From Bacteroidales bacterium (lineage in GTDB: Bacteria; Bacteroidota; Bacteroidia; Bacteroidales; JAADJA01), in assembly GCA_021740645.1 (NCBI GenBank), contig JAIOZL010000029.1, forward strand, positions 1,725 through 65,724: DNA of 64,000 nucleotides, in the 5' to 3' direction. This document shows positions 58,101 through 64,000 of this stretch, piece by piece. Made by a program: the position numbers and the translations under genes. Each line of letters starts with the position of its first letter. Within the stretch, counting starts at the first letter, position 1. The notes under the pieces are model-generated. The model saw only the letters and a list, made by a program, of their open reading frames with translations. It was not told where the DNA came from and ran no database searches.

Positions 58101-60147
58101 TCTTGCAAGTTACAGAGCATCTGACTTTTCTGAGAACTTTAGTATAATCCTGGATAATAAATCTGATATCAACCCGATAATCTCCGATTTAAATAATAAT
58201 GGAGAATCTGAAATTATTGTTGAAGAAAATTTCGGCGGATTAAATATTTATAACTACGAGCTTGAATTAATTAATCATATTCAGGAAAATGATATTTATA
58301 TTTCAGAGCTTGTTTCAGGAGATATATATAATGACGGGAATTTGGATATAATTTGTCAAGTCAAGATAGGTGATTTTTACGGGATTAAAGCATATGATAT
58401 CGATGGAAACCAAACTTTTTTTACACCAGTTATCGGGAATTATGAATCATGCTGGCTTTCTGATATCGTTGATGAAGATAAGTTTTATTTCACTTATGGG
58501 GATTTGGGTGATCTGTATGTTGTAAATATTCCTAATGCAGGAGCAAATATAGGTTGGCCGGGGCAAAGGGCTAATATGAGAAATACAGGTGTATATGAAC
58601 AACCGGCCTATTTTGGGGAAAATGGTGAAACGGTCTTTTGGATGAATACCATAATACTTTCTCCGGATGTTGATAATATTATTCCTGAAGGTTCCACAGT
58701 TATTATTAAACCTGGTACTAAGATAAGGGCACATGCTAATAGCAGCCTACTAGTTCACGGTACTTTGATAGCTGAAGGAACGGAAAAATTCCCCATAATT
58801 TTTACAGCAGATATTTATAATCCACAGGAAGGTTATTGGCAGGGAATTACAGTTCCCAATCATAGTGCACTCTCGATGAAATATTGTGAGATTAAAGATG
58901 CTGAAATCGGCATATTGTTCGAAGACCACAATGAGATTAGCTTTAGTAATTGCTTAATTGAAAACAACCTGGAAGGAATAGCCGTTTTCAATTCCAGCCC
59001 AGTAATAAAAGAGAATCTAGCTACAGATAACAATATAGGAATTGGGTGCTATAAAAATGCTGCGCCTGTTTTAACTGACCTCCTTTATGAGATGCCATTT
59101 AAAAAAGGTATTATTAACAACAATACAGGTATATTGATAAGTCAGGCCATTGTGTATCTTGATAATGGTTATAATGATATATACAATTTATTTTCAGGAG
59201 GGTATTATATAAATATTATCTCAGAACCGGCTAATAATATAAAGGCAAGGTATAACTATTGGGGTACCACAAATGTAAATGAAATATACGAATACCTTAA
59301 TCCTTCTGAGAATTTTCAAATTGAACCAATTCTCACTTCACCGCAATCTTCATACGTTTCTGGTGGTGATGATGAATCCGAGATGTTAAAATCTGCCACA
59401 ACCTCATTGGAGTCAGGAGATTATTCAACAGCAGAAAATACATTTAAAACAATTATTGAACAATACCCTGAAAGCCAGGAAGCATACATGTCAGTTTCAG
59501 GTCTTTTTGATTGCACTAATAAATCAAATGGTAATTGGGATTATCTTAAGAATTACTTTTATGAGTTGTACAATGATTCAAACCGCAGCATTGAATTCAA
59601 TAAGTTGACATTTGGATATATTAATCTTTGTAAGCGGGAGCAAGGCAAATTTGATGAAGCCGTAACCAATTACGAATCAATAGTATTAAATAACCCAACA
59701 TACAATGATTCAGTATTTGCTGTAATTGACATAGGCAATACCTATGAAGAAGCCGGAAACTATAAAACGAATTTAGGGGAGTTATCTTATTTAATTCCTG
59801 TTTCGCGGGGGGCGCATGTGGAAAAAACTGTGGACTTGTTGTTATCACTTAAAAGTTCGGAAATTACACCATCTACCGAAAGTCAAAGTATTAAGATTGT
59901 TGAACTTTTCCCTAATCCGGCGGATGATATTGTTACTTTAAAATTGGAAAATCCAACCAACGATAGAGTCTCAATTAAACTTTTTGATGTGACTGGTAGG
60001 TTGATCAAAAATAATTACTTAGGTGTATTAAGTATTGGGATTCATGAAACTAATCTTAACATCAGCGATGTATACCCTGGTGTTTATTATTTATCCCTAT
60101 TGGTTAACCATACAAATAGAGATGCAAGAAAGTTAATTATTAAATAG
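55156..60147 (+). CDS. Giant multidomain gingipain-like cysteine peptidase (family C25) with a T9SS sorting domain
   Basis: Domains, in order:
- C25 propeptide-like N-terminus.
- Catalytic His and Cys motifs FYIGHGSDKNW and LSAACLTGGF, matching the pattern of gingipain GHGS / ACxxGxF.
- A CARDB-like domain (about residues 635-750).
- FG-GAP/VCBS-like repeats (DINNDGMEEV, DINKDGEIEI, DLNNNGESEI, GDIYNDGNLDI).
- A parallel beta-helix region.
- A TPR-like region.
- Sorting-domain tail (LFPNPADDIVTLKL...GVYYLSL). Confidence 0.7.
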   Translation: MKTRTLFLALLIISFTANSQDWIEFAASESTKPNYELLKSTDTIVEFEINVPGMFSTAIDTFNRVLIKEHSRMDSVGYPEIPIISYLVAIPSCDSVILNIEVSDSIKYTNMNIYPAAEIVEDSTGDGVKYLREEFEYNEVAYSNNSFFPGIFAETLEKGNVRTQHCISVRIFPVQFNPALHEINAYSKIKVTLTFENPTGQVNENVGIFNEMLGNTMINYFSNGLNASVSCGAGDGTCHEDFWITSLPNDKIDDPCDYLIITPAGFFGNTDINSLAMHREMFNGFDVKIVSTDVIYSEMPNDLPYKQIWNLIRNTYNDGIANNTFDGKLAYVNLFGDVELENNQDDGIPTYSTGFDIYFTQLTIPAGQNNPDPYPDLMIGRCSADSEEQVGNIVAKILNYNPQDYLYKNEMLSVVGFEHDNHSYLSQSSVLNDIIEIDGNEIYNKTCLVTSDYNAQGYEIPLEWTLSNPCTPWNLINEIMIENPGDGKMFVFYIGHGSDKNWYLEDNSSSNTFHYGYLGAIESGLSFILSAACLTGGFHNTDDCMAERFLCYDANNKGSIGFAGASKPTSIGIWKLPKYFFNSYMTNYSFVMGESIMEIKIAKWYNTTNHNWCKDLNLFGDPALNLKYENSEIINPDLTLKDFEITFQPDPVNWGDNVNIEAKIRNITRINTTTDFIVHCYIGEPGEPGTIEIGQYTINGIEGNHQEIAQFTWETENFEPDIYDIYIYIDPENNINEEDETNNINHSSRAIYHFYANFPVSNNMNSNAHVITFDLYDEYYGQEIIFGKSIFSTEGLQINPFSGISVGNSCIANLTNNENYQIIQIHKTPNPKVVSTGNPSWQYDISGTKYSPVVFDINNDGMEEVLCLILDNNSSSLLCLNFDGTLRWEMDEISDPPAQVYIDPMVGNFNGQQNSIILLNKDGTFLNIIETSTGIPEISNSYTIPNLIAVESVPVASDINKDGEIEIIIIYRVQIQHQDIRFLASYRASDFSENFSIILDNKSDINPIISDLNNNGESEIIVEENFGGLNIYNYELELINHIQENDIYISELVSGDIYNDGNLDIICQVKIGDFYGIKAYDIDGNQTFFTPVIGNYESCWLSDIVDEDKFYFTYGDLGDLYVVNIPNAGANIGWPGQRANMRNTGVYEQPAYFGENGETVFWMNTIILSPDVDNIIPEGSTVIIKPGTKIRAHANSSLLVHGTLIAEGTEKFPIIFTADIYNPQEGYWQGITVPNHSALSMKYCEIKDAEIGILFEDHNEISFSNCLIENNLEGIAVFNSSPVIKENLATDNNIGIGCYKNAAPVLTDLLYEMPFKKGIINNNTGILISQAIVYLDNGYNDIYNLFSGGYYINIISEPANNIKARYNYWGTTNVNEIYEYLNPSENFQIEPILTSPQSSYVSGGDDESEMLKSATTSLESGDYSTAENTFKTIIEQYPESQEAYMSVSGLFDCTNKSNGNWDYLKNYFYELYNDSNRSIEFNKLTFGYINLCKREQGKFDEAVTNYESIVLNNPTYNDSVFAVIDIGNTYEEAGNYKTNLGELSYLIPVSRGAHVEKTVDLLLSLKSSEITPSTESQSIKIVELFPNPADDIVTLKLENPTNDRVSIKLFDVTGRLIKNNYLGVLSIGIHETNLNISDVYPGVYYLSLLVNHTNRDARKLIIK

Positions 60148-60193
60148 AAAATTGATTCTTGTATTTCAGGAAATAAATCCTTTAAAGTTTATG

Positions 60194-60201
60194 TAAGTTT
60201 G
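60194..60201 (+). promoter_or_regulatory. Candidate -7 promoter element (TAAGTTTG) for ispH
   Basis: Matches TAnnTTTG, 20 nt upstream of the ATG at 60222. Confidence 0.35.
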
Positions 60202-60221
60202 CATCAAATTTATTGATCCTT

Positions 60222-61091
60222 ATGACAATTGATATTGATCCGCATGCAGGATTTTGTTTTGGAGTGAATAGGGCAATCGATATTGCCGATTCCATCCTGG
60301 ATAAAAATGAACCTTTATTTAGCCTTGGCGAAATTGTGCATAACCAGGAAGAGGTCAACCGCTTATCAGCAAAAGGAATGACAACCATTGATTACGCAAC
60401 ATTCGATAAACTAAAAAACAAAAACGTACTTATAAGGGCCCATGGAGAACCACCCTCAACATACGAAAGGGCAAAGGAAAATAATATTAAACTGATTGAA
60501 GCCTCCTGCCCTATTGTCCTTAAACTGCATGAAAAGATAGCAAAAGCCAATAATGAAATGAAGGAAGTAGGTGGGAAAGTTGTTTTACTTGGAAAAAGAA
60601 ATCACCCCGAGGTAATTGGATTGATAGGACATACGAACAAGGAAGCTTTAGTAATTGAATCCGAAAAAGACCTTGATCATCTTGATTATACAAAACCCAT
60701 CTCAATTTTTGCCCAAACCACAATTTCAAGTGAATATTTTGAACGGACCATAAATTTAATGAGGGACAAATTCATCGACGCTCATACCGATCCTGGCTTA
60801 TTCAAGATTAATAATACCATTTGTAAACATGTGTCGCGACGTTTGCCTTCCTTACAGGATTTCTGCAAAATGCACCAGGTGATTATTTTTGTAAGTGGTA
60901 AAAACAGTTCCAATGGAAATTCCCTGTTTAAAATATGCCTCGAGAACAATCCCCGGTCATACTTTATTTCATCGGTTTCAGATATAAACCCTAAATGGTT
61001 TAATAAGGATGATCGTATTGGAATAAGCGGGGCAACCTCAACCCCGATGTGGTTGATGAGAGATGTTGAAAACTATTTATTGACAATTTAA
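60222..61091 (+). CDS. ispH: 4-hydroxy-3-methylbut-2-enyl diphosphate reductase
   Basis: AGFCFGVNRAI, a second Cys (EASCPIV), a third Cys (NTICKHV), and the SSNG motif. The ORF-track TTG start is at 60213. Confidence 0.9.
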   Translation: MTIDIDPHAGFCFGVNRAIDIADSILDKNEPLFSLGEIVHNQEEVNRLSAKGMTTIDYATFDKLKNKNVLIRAHGEPPSTYERAKENNIKLIEASCPIVLKLHEKIAKANNEMKEVGGKVVLLGKRNHPEVIGLIGHTNKEALVIESEKDLDHLDYTKPISIFAQTTISSEYFERTINLMRDKFIDAHTDPGLFKINNTICKHVSRRLPSLQDFCKMHQVIIFVSGKNSSNGNSLFKICLENNPRSYFISSVSDINPKWFNKDDRIGISGATSTPMWLMRDVENYLLTI

Positions 61092-61094
61092 ACG

Positions 61095-62204
61095 ATGTTT
61101 CTACAAAAATTATCCATAGCTAATTTTAAAAATTATAAAAAGCAGGAATTTACCTTTACAGGTAAGATCAATTGTTTTATTGGAAACAATGGTGCAGGAA
61201 AAACCAATATCCTTGATGCCATTTTTTACCTCTCTTTTTGTAAAAGTTATTTCAACTATATCGACATGCAAAACATTTTGCATGATGCCCCATTTTTCGC
61301 TGTTCATGGCTCATACCTAACCAATGGCAGCACGCCGGACCAGATATCCATCATCCAAAAAAGGAATGCTAAAAAAGTAGTTAAGCTCAACGACAAGGAA
61401 TATGATCGTTTTTCTGATCATATCGGGAAATATCCTCTTGTTATGATCTCCCCATATGACCGGGATTTGATAAACGAAGGAAGCGAAGCAAGAAGAAAAT
61501 ATATTGATTCCGTAATATCCCAGTTCGATAAAATTTATCTTGATGATCTGATTAATTATAATAAAGCCTTGCTCCAACGGAATATTTTGTTAAAACAATT
61601 TTCGGAACAACATTATTATGATAAAGACATGCTGGAGATTTGGGATTCCAAATTGATCCACCTGGGAGAAAAAATCCATGCAAAACGAAAAGAGTTTATT
61701 GCCAATTTTATTTCCCTGTTCCAGCAATACTTCGATTATATATCCAATGGCAAAGAAAAAGTTGACATTTATTATGAGTCACAATTAAATGAGAGGGGCC
61801 TTGACGAATTATTATCTGTTTCTGTGGAAAAAGACCGACAGATCAGGTATACTTCATGTGGTATACATAAGGATGACCTGGTGTTTAATATCGAAGGCCA
61901 TCCGGTAAAAAAATTCGGTTCCCAGGGGCAGCAAAAATCCTATGTTATTGCTATAAAATTGGCACAATTTGACTATACAAGGGAAATTAAAAATTTCAAG
62001 CCCATACTTCTCCTGGATGATATTTTTGATAAACTGGATGAAGAAAGGGTCAGGCAAATCATTCATCTTGTAGCTGATAACAGTTTCGGACAAACTTTTA
62101 TAACCGATACACAGCACGACCGTATCAAAAATATTTTTAAACAAGTGGACATTGAGCATAAAATTTTTATAATTTCGGAAGGTAGTGGAACAGAAATTCC
62201 ATAG
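61095..62204 (+). CDS. recF: DNA replication and repair protein RecF
   Basis: Walker A GNNGAGKTNILDAI, SMC signature-like SQGQQKS and Walker B LLLDDIFDKLD. Confidence 0.92.
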   Translation: MFLQKLSIANFKNYKKQEFTFTGKINCFIGNNGAGKTNILDAIFYLSFCKSYFNYIDMQNILHDAPFFAVHGSYLTNGSTPDQISIIQKRNAKKVVKLNDKEYDRFSDHIGKYPLVMISPYDRDLINEGSEARRKYIDSVISQFDKIYLDDLINYNKALLQRNILLKQFSEQHYYDKDMLEIWDSKLIHLGEKIHAKRKEFIANFISLFQQYFDYISNGKEKVDIYYESQLNERGLDELLSVSVEKDRQIRYTSCGIHKDDLVFNIEGHPVKKFGSQGQQKSYVIAIKLAQFDYTREIKNFKPILLLDDIFDKLDEERVRQIIHLVADNSFGQTFITDTQHDRIKNIFKQVDIEHKIFIISEGSGTEIP

Positions 62205-62220
62205 TTAAATTATTTGATAT

Positions 62221-62511
62221 ATGTATAGTTCGAATGAACAAACCTTAAAAGAAGCAATAAAAAAACTCCTGGATGCCTATAAGCTAAACGATGGGATTAT
62301 GGAAGCCAGGGTAATGAATAACTGGGAAAAAATTGCAGGAAGTTACATTGCAAAGTTTACCGAATCGGTTCACATTAAAAAACGAACACTCTACATTAAA
62401 CTTTCATCCCCCGCAGTCAAGCATGAGCTAAGCTTTGCCAAATCAAAACTCATTACCTCGCTCAATAATTCAGTGAAGCATGATGCCATAGATGAAATAG
62501 TATTTTTATAA
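62221..62511 (+). CDS. DUF721 domain protein (recF-associated)
   Basis: 96 aa, immediately downstream of recF. The W..I.G..I...T....IK...L.I...S......L pattern is typical of DUF721. Confidence 0.75.
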   Translation: MYSSNEQTLKEAIKKLLDAYKLNDGIMEARVMNNWEKIAGSYIAKFTESVHIKKRTLYIKLSSPAVKHELSFAKSKLITSLNNSVKHDAIDEIVFL

Positions 62512-62625
62512 TCCTTTGTCCTCAATAATTTTCCTTCTTTTTTTTCAAACAATTTCACGAATAGTGTAATTTAGCATTTCTATTAGTTCATATATAAATC
62601 TTATCACTTCATAAAATTGAATACC

Positions 62626-64000
62626 ATGTCATATTTTTCAAAAACAATCAGGATAACGTTACTATTTTCTTTTTTGATACTGATGTTTAATTGTACAAAA
62701 AAAACAGATGAAGAACCCAATCCTGAGCCAGAGCCAGGAAATATTCCTGAAGTAACAACTTCTCCGGTTACAGCGATAACCTATATGTCGGCCACAAGCG
62801 GTGGAGAAATTATCAGTGAGGGCGACTCAGCTGTAACCACAAGAGGCATATGTTGGAGCACCGGTCACAATCCTGATATTACGGATGATACTACCATTAA
62901 TTTGGAGCCAACGGTAGCCTATACCTGCGCAATGTCCGACCTCACTGCTTCCACCACATATTATGTAAGAGCATACGCTATTAATGCTATTGGGACTGCT
63001 TATGGCCAAGAATTAAGTTTCAAAACAATAGCTCTTCCATCTGTACCTGAATTGATAACGACCGAAATAAGCCAGATTACTCAAACTTCTGCAGTAAGTG
63101 GTGGATGGATAGTAGTACAGGGAAGTTCTCAGGTTATTGCAAGGGGAGTTTGTTGGAACACATCTCCTCTCCCAACTTTTGAAAATGACCATACCCTGGA
63201 TGGAGCCGGCTTTGGTGCCTTTACAAGCAATGTAACAGACCTGACCCCAAATACAACCTATTATTTGAGGGCTTATGCCAAGAATTTAAATGGACTTGGG
63301 TATGGTGAAGAATTTAGTTTTACCACCAAAGAAGCGGGAAGTCCACCTACAGTGATCACGCTGGATGTTACTAATATTGGATCTAACTCTGCCACCGGAG
63401 GTGGCGATATCACCGATCAGGGGGCATCTTCAGTGACAATAAGGGGTGTATGTTGGAGTACGTCCCCAGAACCCAGCCTTGCAGACAATTTTACTGAAGA
63501 CGGGCCGGGAAGTGGGGTATATTCGAGTGACATGGATATGCTTGACCCAGAAACGATGTACTATGTGAGGGCTTATGCAAGTAATAATTCGGGGACATCC
63601 TATGGCAATGAAGTCAGCTTTACTACTCAAATTGCAGGTGTTCTTGGAGAACCCTGTCCGTATATACCTACAGTTACTTATGAAGGAAAGGTTTATAATA
63701 CCAATTATATTGGCGGGCAATGCTGGCTTAAAGAAAACCTGGATATTGGGACCAAAATATTAGGCTCTGATGAAATGACTGACAATGGGGTAATTGAAAA
63801 ATATTGCTACGAAGACCTGGATGAAAATTGCGACACATATGGTGGCTTATATAAATGGGATGAGTTAATGAATTATACTAATACAGAGGGTACCCAGGGT
63901 ATATGTCCGGAAGGATGGCATGTTCCAACGATTGATGAATTAAATTATACACTTGGTTTTCTGGGTAGCGAATTTGTAGCTGGGGGTAAGATGAAATCCA
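62626..64000 (+). CDS. Lipoprotein with four tandem Ig/Fn3-like repeats and a Fibrobacter succinogenes major paralogous (FISUMP) domain; 3' end outside the window
   Basis: Not in the ORF track because it runs off the end. My own translation gives MSYFSKTIRITLLFSFLILMFNCTKK (lipobox). It is followed by four units of about 85-90 aa (..SA.SGG.I...G.S.V..RG(I/V)CWST...P......T.YY(V/L)RAYA.N..G..YG.E.SF.T). The FISUMP motifs follow: GGQCWLKENL, YGGLYKW and CPEGWHVPT..E. Confidence 0.7.
   Translation, partial: MSYFSKTIRITLLFSFLILMFNCTKKTDEEPNPEPEPGNIPEVTTSPVTAITYMSATSGGEIISEGDSAVTTRGICWSTGHNPDITDDTTINLEPTVAYTCAMSDLTASTTYYVRAYAINAIGTAYGQELSFKTIALPSVPELITTEISQITQTSAVSGGWIVVQGSSQVIARGVCWNTSPLPTFENDHTLDGAGFGAFTSNVTDLTPNTTYYLRAYAKNLNGLGYGEEFSFTTKEAGSPPTVITLDVTNIGSNSATGGGDITDQGASSVTIRGVCWSTSPEPSLADNFTEDGPGSGVYSSDMDMLDPETMYYVRAYASNNSGTSYGNEVSFTTQIAGVLGEPCPYIPTVTYEGKVYNTNYIGGQCWLKENLDIGTKILGSDEMTDNGVIEKYCYEDLDENCDTYGGLYKWDELMNYTNTEGTQGICPEGWHVPTIDELNYTLGFLGSEFVAGGKMKS

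Noticed and set aside
1-64000. CRISPR arrays, rRNA genes, prophage or integrative elements, and known defence systems.
   Set aside because: No regularly spaced direct repeats were found. No cas, integrase (other than housekeeping xerD), restriction-modification, toxin-antitoxin or abortive-infection signatures are recognisable in the translations.

Overview
The window is a chromosomal segment from a low-GC member of the Bacteroidota. Three lines of evidence support that assignment. The first is type IX secretion (T9SS) genes and cargo with C-terminal sorting domains. The second is the gene order L33, DUF4295, FtsY. The third is the Bacteroidetes -7 promoter motif TAnnTTTG, found 15-70 nt upstream of many start codons.

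Most of the window is housekeeping genes:
- Replication and repair: dnaA, recF plus a DUF721 gene, ruvA, xerD.
- Translation: thrS-infC-rpmI-rplT, rpmG, rimO, tRNA-Ser(UGA).
- Metabolism and other functions: maeB, gcvH, ispH, ridA, yaaA, yigZ, ftsY.
- Envelope: tonB, an lptD-like gene, two mlaD-like genes, and an amidase with a SPOR-like tail.

Four regions stand out:
1. sprA, the roughly 2450-codon T9SS translocon gene, is interrupted by a single in-frame TAG at 24430-24432.
2. A T9SS cargo island at 51.1-60.2 kb holds a decayed IS481-like transposase fragment, an orphan sorting-domain remnant, a truncated copy of a peptidase gene, paralogous Asp-box/PKD proteins and a 1663-aa multidomain gingipain-like peptidase. 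A duplicated 100-nt gene junction points to recombination between the paralogs.
3. A tightly packed operon at 8.4-10.9 kb encodes a HlyD-like adaptor, a VTC-domain protein and a DUF4956 membrane protein.
4. Several stretches with few or no ORFs but many hairpins remain unexplained: 1-383, 3250-3951 and 31220-31655.

No CRISPR array, rRNA gene, intact mobile element or recognisable defence system was seen. All product calls rest on motif recognition in the supplied translations. No database search was run.
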